Assembly: GCA_036338285.1 (NCBI GenBank)
Contig: JAYZCO010000090.1
Span: 79,234-143,233, forward strand
Reading direction: 5' to 3'
Source: Pseudomonadota bacterium
GTDB lineage: Bacteria; Pseudomonadota; Gammaproteobacteria; Pseudomonadales; Azotimanducaceae
DNA: 64,000 nucleotides
Shown in pieces: positions 1 through 8,982 of the stretch (the first letter of the stretch is position 1; every line of letters starts with the position of its first letter). The notes under the pieces were generated by a model. That model was not told the DNA's origin. It saw only the letters and a list, made by a program, of their open reading frames with translations, and ran no database searches. Position numbers and translations under genes: made by a program.

Positions 1-543
1 ATAAAACTCTTGAGCATCACGGATTTCTGTCGTGATCAGACCATAACCCGCATCGCTCAGCGCCTCCTGGAAGGTGTCTCTGGAGGCTAATGCAAGTTCT
101 TTCTGTGCCTCCCCATAGGTATAGATGACAGATCGATACTGTGTGCCAATATCGTTCCCTTGCCGCATCCCCTGGGTCGGATCATGACCTTCCCAGAAGA
201 GCTTGAGTATCTCTGCAAAGCTGATCACGACGGGATCGAATACCACCAGGACTGCCTCGGTATGCCCGGTCAATCCGCTGCATAACTCTTCGTAGGATGG
301 GTTTTGAGTGATGCCGCCGGCGTAGCCTACTGCCGTAGTAAAAACACCTTCAGTTTGCCAATAGCGGCGTTCCGCGCCCCAGAAGCAGCCCATGCCCAGT
401 TGCACTTGCTGCATGATTTCAGGAAACGGCGGCACGAGCGGTTGTTGGTGTACAAAGTGCCCAGGCGGGACAGGCATCTGCTCCGTCCTACCGGGTAGTG
501 CGTCGTCTGCCGTGGGCAGTTCCAGAGGTGCGCCCCATGCCAT
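1..543 (-). CDS. msrA: Peptide methionine sulfoxide reductase A (3' end runs off the window)
   Basis: My translation from ATG at 543 gives [19 protein letters not shown]...[10 protein letters not shown]...VGYAGG..NPSYEE. It has the GCFWG active-site motif and an AAGGAG RBS upstream. Not in the ORF track because it is truncated. Confidence 0.95.
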   Translation of the reverse strand, partial: MAWGAPLELPTADDALPGRTEQMPVPPGHFVHQQPLVPPFPEIMQQVQLGMGCFWGAERRYWQTEGVFTTAVGYAGGITQNPSYEELCSGLTGHTEAVLVVFDPVVISFAEILKLFWEGHDPTQGMRQGNDIGTQYRSVIYTYGEAQKELALASRDTFQEALSDAGYGLITTEIRDAQEFY

Positions 544-629
544 AGCCACTCCTTGTATTATTTCACTGGCGTTAGATCCGGCCGAGTTTAGCATTTCTTC
601 TCAACGCGCGGGGTGCTATAACACCCGCC

Positions 630-2273
630 ATGCAACAACTCCTCATAGGCGTCCTCGCTGGCTTTCTACTTTATGTGCCATCCCAACCAGCACTGAGCGA
701 CGCCCAGAAATCCTCGACTCTATTCGATACTCAGGCCATTAAGGCTGCATTCGTTGCAGGCCCGGACTATGCCAAGGAACTGTCACGTCTGATCGAGCTT
801 GAGCAACAGGCACTCTCGCTCATTGAAGATGAACCGTTGAAACTCGGCAGTATCGGTGCCGCTATTCTGGGCATCTATCCCGCCAGTCAGACGGGTCATT
901 ACGCCATGCAAAAATACTACGCTTATGTGCAGGCAGACGAATCTGTCGCGTTGCACACTGATCGTCTGGCCACCATTCAGCATGCCATGCGCTTAAGCGG
1001 TGACGGCAATCCTGATGCACCCTATTCGGTCATGACAATGTACGATGCGCACACCTATGCGCGAAGCATAAACAACATGCCCGTCGGTTCGATCTATCAA
1101 ACAACACAACGCCACCCACTTATCTTCTTACTGATTGCTCGGCCAGAGAAGGCCGGCTTGCGCCAGGTATTTTTTGATCTCAGTCACACGCTACCCGGCC
1201 TCATCCATCAAGGCGATAAAGACAATATACCGCCGGACAAAAGGATGCTTCCGTGGGCAGTGATCCGTGTCCTGGCAGCCAAAATGGACACTGCGGCACA
1301 GGCAGCAATAGGCGCCTATTTAAGCAACAGCGAAAAATTCGACAATGCCATCGGCTGGCTTAAGGTCGCCTCTCGCACGGGCAACATACTCGCCAACACA
1401 CTTTTGGCGCGCATCTACTGGCGACAGGCTGAACAGGCAGAGTCTCCGGATGCTCAGGCAGAATATCGGGAGTTGTCGCTGGAGAACTACCTGCACGCCA
1501 TTGCCCTCGGCTCCACTGACAGCATGTATACACTGGCTGGACTCTATCTGAGCGACGTCTATGGCAAAGAAAACCGGCAAGCGGCAATTCCTCTGCTCAA
1601 ACAGGCTGGCGATCTGGGCCACCCAGCATCCTTAGTCCTTCTTGCACGCATTTATAACGCTGGGGAATACGTCGAGGCTGATCGTGCCCAGGCAATTGAG
1701 TACTTCGAAAAAGCCGCCATGCTCGACAGCCCACACGCCATTATCAGCTATGCTCGGTTCCTCACCTTAGAAACGGCCAAGGATGCATCCCTTACCACCA
1801 AAGGCCCCATACACGAGTGGCTACTCAAGCTGGCAGAGGCAAAAAACGCAGAAGCGATGATCATGCTGGGCAATTTACACGCCCGGGGCATTGGCACAAC
1901 GCAGTCCAACCGCAAAGCCAGGCGCTGGTACAGAAAAGCAGTAAAGATCGAACCGAATGACGCCGACACGATCAATGAGGTTGTCTGGACTCTGACCGTC
2001 ACCGACGTCCCTGGCTTAAAACGGACAAAATATGCCCATCGTCTCATGGAACAACTGATGACGAGGAACCAAACAGCCTCAGTTCACCCTGAGTACCTCG
2101 ATACGTGGGCGGCAACATATGCCGCTCGAGGTAACTTCGAGCGTGCCATTGAGTTACAAAATCGAGCCATTGCGATGGCTGGTAAGCAGAAGCGTCTGGA
2201 TGTTATGAATATTCTTGAGGACCACCTTGACCACTTCAAAGCCCAGCAGGTCATTACCGAATCCGCACCTTGA
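630..2273 (+). CDS. Exported Sel1/TPR-repeat protein
   Basis: N-terminal signal-like hydrophobic segment and repeated Sel1 patterns (SMYTLAGLY, AMIMLGNLHARGIG..QSNRKARRWYRKA). C-terminal TPR-like LDTWAATYAARGNFERA. Confidence 0.8.
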   Translation: MQQLLIGVLAGFLLYVPSQPALSDAQKSSTLFDTQAIKAAFVAGPDYAKELSRLIELEQQALSLIEDEPLKLGSIGAAILGIYPASQTGHYAMQKYYAYVQADESVALHTDRLATIQHAMRLSGDGNPDAPYSVMTMYDAHTYARSINNMPVGSIYQTTQRHPLIFLLIARPEKAGLRQVFFDLSHTLPGLIHQGDKDNIPPDKRMLPWAVIRVLAAKMDTAAQAAIGAYLSNSEKFDNAIGWLKVASRTGNILANTLLARIYWRQAEQAESPDAQAEYRELSLENYLHAIALGSTDSMYTLAGLYLSDVYGKENRQAAIPLLKQAGDLGHPASLVLLARIYNAGEYVEADRAQAIEYFEKAAMLDSPHAIISYARFLTLETAKDASLTTKGPIHEWLLKLAEAKNAEAMIMLGNLHARGIGTTQSNRKARRWYRKAVKIEPNDADTINEVVWTLTVTDVPGLKRTKYAHRLMEQLMTRNQTASVHPEYLDTWAATYAARGNFERAIELQNRAIAMAGKQKRLDVMNILEDHLDHFKAQQVITESAP

Positions 2274-3318
2274 TAATCTAAAGACGATACTCAGCGTAGG
2301 CACACCCCTGCTCGATGTTCGTGCCGAAATCGAATTTGTACAAGGTGCGCTCCCCAGCAGCATCAATTTACCGATTCTGAACACACAAGAACGCCAGAAA
2401 GTCGGTACCACCTATACAAACGAGGGCAGCGAAGAGGCAAAGCGCGTTGGCCATGCGCTTGTCAGCGGAGAGATCAAACGCACCCGCGTAGATGCATGGA
2501 AACAGTTCTGTCAGGCTCACCCCAACGCCTGGCTCACCTGTTGGCGCGGCGGCATGCGTTCGCAGATCGCTCAACAATGGCTGGCAGATTCCGGTATTGC
2601 AATCGAGCGTGTGCCCGGCGGTTATAAAGCTCTGCGTCAGGCATGTATCAATGTATTGGAGTCAGATTACCAGGCTAAATCCTGGACCGTACTCGCTGGT
2701 AAAACCGGCTCTGCCAAAACAGTTCTCATCAATCGCATCGATGCGGCAATCGACCTTGAAGGGGCTGCAAATCATCGCGGCTCTGCCTTCGGTGCCTTCG
2801 CAACGCCGCAACCCACACCCGCCACTTTCGAAAACGGGCTCGCCGTCAAATTCCTCCAGATTGCTGGTGATCGGCTGGTTGTAGAAGACGAAAGCCGGAC
2901 AATCGGTCGATTGGCGTTACCCGGAACCTGGTACAACGTCATGCAAACGGCACCGCTCGTGGTCGTTGAGCTATCACTCGAAGATCGCGTGGCACACATA
3001 CGTCAAGAATATGTCAGCCTGCCTCTCTCGCAAGGAACAGCGGTCGAGAGCCTGCTCGAAGGTTATTCAAATGCACTGCAACGAATCGCAAAAAGGTTGG
3101 GCGGCCAGCGCTGTAGGCGCATCACCAACCTTCTCAGTGAAGGATTTGCCGGGACCCGGCAACACGACGACTGGATCACAGCTTTGATCACTGATTACTA
3201 CGATCCAATGTATGAATTCCAGCTAGGCAAAAAAAAATCAAGGATTGCCATGCGCGGTGATCATCATGCGGTGATCGAATATTTCAGTGATCGTGGCCAT
3301 GCGGTCGCGCCGCCATAA
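2227..3318 (+). CDS. selU: tRNA 2-selenouridine(34) synthase
   Basis: Rhodanese domain (LLDVRAEIEF, CWRGGMRS) plus P-loop GKTGSAKT, DLEGAANHRGSAFG, VEDESRTIG and YYDPMY. TTG at 2227 follows GAGG; the track start at 2215 is also possible. Confidence 0.93.
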   Translation: MTTSKPSRSLPNPHLDNLKTILSVGTPLLDVRAEIEFVQGALPSSINLPILNTQERQKVGTTYTNEGSEEAKRVGHALVSGEIKRTRVDAWKQFCQAHPNAWLTCWRGGMRSQIAQQWLADSGIAIERVPGGYKALRQACINVLESDYQAKSWTVLAGKTGSAKTVLINRIDAAIDLEGAANHRGSAFGAFATPQPTPATFENGLAVKFLQIAGDRLVVEDESRTIGRLALPGTWYNVMQTAPLVVVELSLEDRVAHIRQEYVSLPLSQGTAVESLLEGYSNALQRIAKRLGGQRCRRITNLLSEGFAGTRQHDDWITALITDYYDPMYEFQLGKKKSRIAMRGDHHAVIEYFSDRGHAVAPP

Positions 3319-3616
3319 GTCCATCAGCCTTGTGGATTTCTTCTGAGTCCAGCAATCCTTTCTGCACGAGTATCCGACTCAGGGACTCCGCGAACAATTC
3401 ATAGTAAGGATATTCCTCTTCACTGTGCGGATGATCCGCATCCCATGCCCCAACAACTTCGATCAGCATGCCCTGAAAGTCTGACCATGCCATGCGCCCC
3501 TGTTCAGCGAGGGTCACTGCCATTCCAAAGACACGCCCTTGCCAGGGTGCGTCGAAAAGTACCTCACCGTTTGCCATCGGTGGCTCGTAGCGACCCGACA
3601 GTTTCACCTCGCTCAC
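3284..3616 (-). CDS. Nitrile hydratase accessory/activator protein (P14K-like)
   Basis: FDAPWQGRVFGMAV..WSDFQ..YYE beta-subunit-like motif and C-terminal RPHGHDH. Overlaps the alpha-subunit stop by 4 nt. Confidence 0.88.
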   Translation of the reverse strand: MSEVKLSGRYEPPMANGEVLFDAPWQGRVFGMAVTLAEQGRMAWSDFQGMLIEVVGAWDADHPHSEEEYPYYELFAESLSRILVQKGLLDSEEIHKADGLMAARPHGHDH

Positions 3617-4185
3617 CCTAAACGCTCCACGCCTATCATGCTGTCTCTTGTGATCCGTTCCACCAAGGTTTGTTCGGGCAACTCACGCCACGTGACGGGT
3701 TCACTCGGCAGCACCATGTAACGAACTTCTGCCGATGAGTCCCACACACGCACTTCCATGTCAGCTTCAAGCTCGGTTCCAAATTCCTTCAAAACAGATC
3801 GAGGCTCGCGCACCACCCGGGATCGATACGCAGGATCTTTGTACCATTTCGGCGGAAGCCCCAGTACTGCCCACGGATAACAGGAACAAAGTGTACAGAC
3901 AACCACATTGTGAACGGTGTCCGTATTTTCCACGACCACCAGTTTCTGCACCTCGCCTCCTTCGAAATCATATTCAGCAATCGCATCTGTGCCATCGTTG
4001 AGCAGGCGCTGTTTGAATGCTGAATCACGCCACGCCCGGGCCACAACCCGAGCACCATTCAACGGTCCGACACGGTCGTTGTAACGCGCAACCACATCAT
4101 CAACAAGCTCAGAATCAATCAACCCCTTTTCGACCAACAGACTCTCCAACGCCTCTGCCCTTATACGTGCACTCTCATGTGACAT
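3613..4185 (-). CDS. nthA: Nitrile hydratase alpha subunit, cobalt type
   Basis: VVCTLCSCYPW cobalt-type metal motif, plus GPLNGARVVARAW and VRVWDSSAEVRYMVLP. ATG at 4185 is preceded by AGGAG. Confidence 0.96.
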   Translation of the reverse strand: MSHESARIRAEALESLLVEKGLIDSELVDDVVARYNDRVGPLNGARVVARAWRDSAFKQRLLNDGTDAIAEYDFEGGEVQKLVVVENTDTVHNVVVCTLCSCYPWAVLGLPPKWYKDPAYRSRVVREPRSVLKEFGTELEADMEVRVWDSSAEVRYMVLPSEPVTWRELPEQTLVERITRDSMIGVERLG

Positions 4186-4873
4186 CGTTCGTCTCCTGAA
4201 GATAGGGTTCAAATAAATCAAGGTTTACAAACAGTCCTGATTCACAATCTTTGCCATAGAGGGCTTCGCCATCAAAGCGGACCGTGTACAGATACTGAGG
4301 AGCCTCATTTCCTGTATGGGCATTTGTGTCCGGAAAGACCCAAGCGTTATGTACCCTGACGACTTCACCCACTGAGCCTCGAGCATACCCGGGCAGTCGC
4401 GTGTGACCGCTGCTGGTGTTGCTGACGGTGGTAACACGATCACCCACAACAAAGCGCGCGACTCGATCGACCTCACGTTGGGCAGTTGGCGCAGGCTCAG
4501 CCTCGCTGTCCCGCGCAGGAAACTTGTCGGGTAAAGGTCTGGGCCGCGCCGCGCATGCAGGGGATTGTTCTCCTGAACGCTCACTCACCCGGAGATCGAT
4601 GTCAGCCTGACCTAGAACACCCGCCTCAACAAGAAGGGTCTCCGCAGCTCCCAGCCAACGGCCATAGTATCCATCACTCAGATACGCGACTGGATCTATC
4701 CGTTCAACCGCATGTCTGAAATGATCGATATTTGCGGCAACGCCTCCACGCATGAGCACATTGACGAGCGCAAACACAAACCCCTGCCAGTGTTCAGGCA
4801 AAGAAACGTTTTCAGCATCAGGGACAACTGCGCCAAAACCCTGTTTACCGCCGAGGTCGTGGATTCCATCCAT
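4175..4873 (-). CDS. nthB: Nitrile hydratase beta subunit
   Basis: Starts MDGIHDLGGKQGFG and contains GHTRLPGYARG, FPDTNAH and DLFEPYL. Confidence 0.96.
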   Translation of the reverse strand: MDGIHDLGGKQGFGAVVPDAENVSLPEHWQGFVFALVNVLMRGGVAANIDHFRHAVERIDPVAYLSDGYYGRWLGAAETLLVEAGVLGQADIDLRVSERSGEQSPACAARPRPLPDKFPARDSEAEPAPTAQREVDRVARFVVGDRVTTVSNTSSGHTRLPGYARGSVGEVVRVHNAWVFPDTNAHTGNEAPQYLYTVRFDGEALYGKDCESGLFVNLDLFEPYLQETNDVT

Positions 4874-5042
4874 AATCGATTCCTAAGGCCTTGCATGCTT
4901 TCGGCATAGTTTAACAAAGGTGACATGCCATGCAGCGCTTTGGTCAACCGCATTGTCGCAGTCCTTTTATCTTTCGACATTCGTTTTGTGGTGCCATCAG
5001 GGAAAACAGTCATTGCCCAACAGCTGACCTGGATGTCCAGGT

Positions 5043-5972
5043 TTAGCTCAAAGGCTGGTCGTTCCCGGGACCACTCCTATGCGCATCAACGCCTGCTTCC
5101 AACACATCCTTATATCCCGCCAACGTGTCACGCAAAAAAGCCAGGAACAATTGGATTCGACGCACAGACCTTGACGCCGGATGAGTCAGTATCCAGATTT
5201 CCGGACCTGGCTGTATCGGCATGTTGTTCAATCGCTCCAGGCGACTGTCTGGTTCACCAATAAAGCAGGGTAAAACACCCATTCCTATGCCGGCAAGAAT
5301 GGCCGCCAGCTGCATTTCGATTTGATCACACCGAATCGCAACCTTTACATCCTGAAAGTACTGCAATCGTAAAGTCTGATAGTGCGCCGCCACCTCTCCT
5401 TGTCCCGCCCAATCAACCCAGGGCAGACCTCGTTTGATATCGAAATCAGGATGTGTGCGTCGAAATTCGCCACTCGTATAGGCTCCGAACGCAACAAACC
5501 CAATGCGCCGCCCGACCATGCTTTCTGGCGGTGAATCCGTTACCCGCACCACGATGTCAGCTTGCGCTTCATCGAGATCTATCGATTGGTAGCCGGGAAT
5601 GAGTTCGAGATCAACGTCTGGATACAGTTGATTGAAGACCGCGAGGTCTTTAAGTAGGAGTCGACTTGCAAGGACGTCCGGTAAGGCTATACGAATACGG
5701 CCCGCCACCCTCTGATCCCGACCTTTGATCGTTGACTCCATAATGCGGAACTGTCGCGCAATCACATCCGTTCGCTGGGCCACTTCTACCCCCTCGGTGG
5801 TGATTGCAAGCCCTCGTGGTGAACGTCTAAATAGAGAAACGCCCAAGGATTCTTCGAGCTGGTCGAGTCGCCGCATCACCGTGGACGCATTGACCCCCAG
5901 TATTTGTGCCGCACCTCGCACTGAACCCCGCGCCGCGACGGCAGTAAAGTATCGATAGTCATCCCAATCCAT
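5043..5972 (-). CDS. LysR-family transcriptional regulator
   Basis: MDWDDYRYF..GSVRGAAQILGVNASTVMRRLDQLEESLGVSLFRR HTH; 309 aa with a substrate-binding C-domain. Confidence 0.95.
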   Translation of the reverse strand: MDWDDYRYFTAVAARGSVRGAAQILGVNASTVMRRLDQLEESLGVSLFRRSPRGLAITTEGVEVAQRTDVIARQFRIMESTIKGRDQRVAGRIRIALPDVLASRLLLKDLAVFNQLYPDVDLELIPGYQSIDLDEAQADIVVRVTDSPPESMVGRRIGFVAFGAYTSGEFRRTHPDFDIKRGLPWVDWAGQGEVAAHYQTLRLQYFQDVKVAIRCDQIEMQLAAILAGIGMGVLPCFIGEPDSRLERLNNMPIQPGPEIWILTHPASRSVRRIQLFLAFLRDTLAGYKDVLEAGVDAHRSGPGNDQPLS

Positions 5973-5991
5973 ACAGGGATCTAAACATTAG

Positions 5992-6058
5992 TGTTGCTTT
6001 AATGCAACGTACTGTTGCGTTACTATATGTTGCATTTAATGTTACTTTAAGTAACAAT
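5992..6058. promoter_or_regulatory. Putative LysR boxes overlapping a + strand sigma70-like promoter
   Basis: Two dyads containing T-N11-A: GTTGC-N6-GCAAC (5993-6008) and GTTAC-N5-GTAAC (6041-6055). TGTTGC occurs three times. TTGCAT-N17-AACAAT at 6030-6058. Confidence 0.55.
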
Positions 6059-6064
6059 GCAGGC

Positions 6065-6177
6065 ATTGGAACTCAGCAGATTCACGGTTCCTCGAGGGAT
6101 ATCCGCCTTCCCCTCCCTCCCCTCTCGCGGATATCCCTCACATTTAAAAAACCCCGGTCATTGACCGGGGTTTTTTC
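6065..6177 (+). ncRNA. Candidate small RNA with a C/U-rich loop (family not recognised)
   Basis: Perfect 13-bp stem GAGGGATATCCGC (6094-6106) / GCGGATATCCCTC (6127-6139) closing the loop CTTCCCCTCCCTCCCCTCTC, followed by a terminator. The 5' end is estimated from the putative promoter. Confidence 0.6.
6146..6176. terminator. Bidirectional Rho-independent terminator
   Basis: AAAAAACCCCGGTC-ATT-GACCGGGGTTTTTT. Confidence 0.9.
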
Positions 6178-6192
6178 TGCTTCATCACCATG

Positions 6193-7833
6193 CTAAAGCC
6201 GATCAAGCAAGTCATTCATCATGGCGATCCCGCACAGGCCATGCAGGACCCCCACTTGCGAGGTCAAATTGAATATCGTCTCGTATGTCGGTCCGTTGCA
6301 CAGACCCGAAAGCAAGTGCACCGGATAGTCTACGAGGACCGCGCGCAGATCGGTTTGATTCTGATAAGGGACTAACCGATCGAAACTCGAATGATAAAGA
6401 AAAAACTCAGCACTTCCGGCAGGCCCGGTAGGAATTATATTGGTATAGCTGTTTAACTGGAGCAGCTGTTTCAGGGTGTCATAGTCCGGTTCATTATCAA
6501 GAAACCCTCGTACAAAGGACCTGCGAAACCGTGGCCCCTGCACGATATCCCTTTCAGACAGACCCGTGGCAGTGTAGCTCAACATGCCCGGTAATATGCG
6601 GTCCAGAGCGAATGGCAATGCCACTGACTCATCGACCAAGCGACAGTAATTGCCGCCATCACATGTATCATCCTGGCGAGCGACCACGCCTCGAAATGTC
6701 TCATACAGGTTATACGGCCCACCTCCCGCGAAGACCTCCCGTACGGTGATGCCGTCTTGGGACATCTTAAACAACCGCCATAACGCAAGGCTGCTGTGAC
6801 CACCCTGGGAGTAACCCACCAATGCAACTTGTGAACCACTGCCGGCTAACAGCGGCACCACGGCCGGATCATCCAGAGCCGCCAGAAGAAAATCACGGGC
6901 ATTCATAGCGGTGCGGCTGCCGAGAAGGTAGGTTTCCTGATTCAAAGACGTTGCACCACGACCCCAGTTATCGGGCACCACCACAACATAACCCCGTGAT
7001 GCCAGCATCGCAGCGATGAGATACCAGGCATCAGCAGGATCGAGATCGCTGGGTGTAACACCTGTCGAGTGCAGGACCATCACCACCCGATCTCTCGGCA
7101 CAAATCCCGCAATCACCTCCGGCACAACGATGAGGCCCGATAGCTGATCGGAAACCTCACCGTTCGGGTTCTGTGAAACATAGCGCACGCGTCTGGCCAT
7201 CACAGGGTTGGGCAGCGAGGGCATCGTCAGGTTTGGCCAGGTGTTTCCAATCAACTCCTGGATCAAGGGCTCTATCAGCGTGCTACTGCCAAGCGGCAGT
7301 TCGAGATCGGCAACTAACTGCGTTCCAAGGTAAGCTGACACCAATGTCGCCAGCGTCTCGGCAGGGAGCATGACACTGTCATCAACGCTCATTGAACTCG
7401 GCCAACTGAGCCCGGTGCTCGCCAATAATGGCACCTCGTAGTCGTCACCGGCGGCACTGCCACCACCACGTCTGCCAGTGACCGTGACACTTAGTTGGCT
7501 GTTTTCTTCGAGAGGATTGCAACTGATATGGTGTTCGATCAGACCGTTAAACGCATCAGAACTCATGTCTTCCAGCGCTCGGTGCGTCAGAGCGCCAACG
7601 GTGCAATCACCGGTATAGTTCATGTTCAGATCATCAAAGCCCGGATGAGCAAGATTAATCACACCAATTTGCGGCCGCACGGCCACTGCACCGTCTGTCG
7701 GCAAACTGTCCAGGGCCGGTAAACTGACCGGGCCAGTCGATATCGGCGCAGAATTGTTCCCTGAACCACCACCCCCACCGCAGGCTGCCAGGCAAGCCAT
7801 CGCACCGAGAACCGGTATTAGTTTCAGCCCCAT
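6193..7833 (-). CDS. Lipoprotein alpha/beta-hydrolase (secretory lipase-like)
   Basis: ATG at 7833 follows GAGG. Lipobox LAAC then a Gly/Ser linker, nucleophile elbow GYSQGG, and YHSSFDRLVP. Confidence 0.8.
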   Translation of the reverse strand: MGLKLIPVLGAMACLAACGGGGGSGNNSAPISTGPVSLPALDSLPTDGAVAVRPQIGVINLAHPGFDDLNMNYTGDCTVGALTHRALEDMSSDAFNGLIEHHISCNPLEENSQLSVTVTGRRGGGSAAGDDYEVPLLASTGLSWPSSMSVDDSVMLPAETLATLVSAYLGTQLVADLELPLGSSTLIEPLIQELIGNTWPNLTMPSLPNPVMARRVRYVSQNPNGEVSDQLSGLIVVPEVIAGFVPRDRVVMVLHSTGVTPSDLDPADAWYLIAAMLASRGYVVVVPDNWGRGATSLNQETYLLGSRTAMNARDFLLAALDDPAVVPLLAGSGSQVALVGYSQGGHSSLALWRLFKMSQDGITVREVFAGGGPYNLYETFRGVVARQDDTCDGGNYCRLVDESVALPFALDRILPGMLSYTATGLSERDIVQGPRFRRSFVRGFLDNEPDYDTLKQLLQLNSYTNIIPTGPAGSAEFFLYHSSFDRLVPYQNQTDLRAVLVDYPVHLLSGLCNGPTYETIFNLTSQVGVLHGLCGIAMMNDLLDRL

Positions 7834-7951
7834 GCTTGCTTTACCTCGCGGGACCAAACGCTGCTAAGGTGTTCGTATGTAAGGACGTGGGTTCTCTCTT
7901 GCGTTGAGAATGCGTAAGGTATAAAGCAAATCGTAAGGGCGGGCAACGCGG

Positions 7952-8116
7952 GTGAACATAAACCCAGAACTCGTAAGAAAAATCAACGAACAGGAAGCAT
8001 GGACCTTTCAGGAGGTGTTGGGACTGGCTGCCGACTTCAACATGAAACCGAGGTTTGTCATCGCATTCATTCTCGCCAACGGAAAAAATTACATCGACGG
8101 CGAAAAAAGTGAGTAA
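7952..8116 (+). CDS. Small hypothetical protein (54 aa), not in the supplied track
   Basis: GTG...TAA frame gives MNINPELVRKINEQEAWTFQEVLGLAADFNMKPRFVIAFILANGKNYIDGEKSE. It fills the gap ahead of the same-strand enoyl-CoA hydratase gene. Confidence 0.55.
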   Translation: MNINPELVRKINEQEAWTFQEVLGLAADFNMKPRFVIAFILANGKNYIDGEKSE

Positions 8117-8162
8117 CAATCTATTCATCGCCACCACTTGATCATCACAGGAGCGAACACCG

Positions 8163-8951
8163 ATGCCTTATACGCACATCGAGATCCGCAAGGAAGGCCA
8201 CATAGCATGGTTGCTTTTTAATCGTCCCGATAAAGCAAACGCGCTCAACTATGATCATCTTGCCGAGATAGAAGAGGCCGCACTCTCTTTCAGGGAGGAT
8301 GCGCAGACCCGTGTCATTATATTTACCGGCAACGGCAAACACTTTTCATCAGGCGCGGATCTAACGGATGCCGGTGAAGCATACAAAGTACCCCTCGTGC
8401 ATCGCCGCAGACGGATGCGTATGGGCGAACGCACGATCGAAGCCATTTTAGGCATCGATCAGATCACCATTGCTGCGTGGAATGGAGCGGCTATGGGCGG
8501 GGGTGCCTGCATCACGACGGCATGTGATTTTCGCGTCGGCGCTGAAGACTGTTTCATGCAGTACCCGGAGATTGATATCGGCGTCAACCTGATGTGGAAA
8601 AGCCTCCCCCTGATTGTTCATCTAATCGGCCCTGCACGCGCCAAACGTCTCGTCGTTGGAGGCGAACGTATACACGCGCGTGAACTTGAACAATGGGGCG
8701 TTCTCGATCGACACGTGCCGCTGGCTAACCTGCACGCAGCCGCCCTCGAAATGGCGGAGCACTATGCAGCCAAACCTCCCGCCGCGGCGCAGATGATCAA
8801 GCAGTCAACAAACCAGATTGCCAACGCCCTCAACCACGCCATCATGCACATGGATGTCGATCAGAACATGTATGTATCGGGCACTGACGATCGGCAGATT
8901 GCTGTGGCTTCCTACCTCGAAAAATCCCAGCCCGTGTTCACTGGCAACTAA
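8163..8951 (+). CDS. Enoyl-CoA hydratase/isomerase family protein
   Basis: NRPDKANAL, FSSGADL, NGAAMGGG and PEIDIG crotonase motifs; AGGAG RBS. Confidence 0.93.
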   Translation: MPYTHIEIRKEGHIAWLLFNRPDKANALNYDHLAEIEEAALSFREDAQTRVIIFTGNGKHFSSGADLTDAGEAYKVPLVHRRRRMRMGERTIEAILGIDQITIAAWNGAAMGGGACITTACDFRVGAEDCFMQYPEIDIGVNLMWKSLPLIVHLIGPARAKRLVVGGERIHARELEQWGVLDRHVPLANLHAAALEMAEHYAAKPPAAAQMIKQSTNQIANALNHAIMHMDVDQNMYVSGTDDRQIAVASYLEKSQPVFTGN

Positions 8952-8982
8952 CCGCTCTACACCCTTTCCTGGATAAGGATCT

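Noticed and set aside
6002-6196. 64-aa ORF divergent from LysR
   Set aside because: No RBS, it starts within the putative LysR boxes and it runs through two strong hairpins including the terminator. An RNA element explains the region better.
7841-8137. 98-aa minus-strand ORF in the track
   Set aside because: It looks like a shadow of the more protein-like + strand 54-aa ORF.
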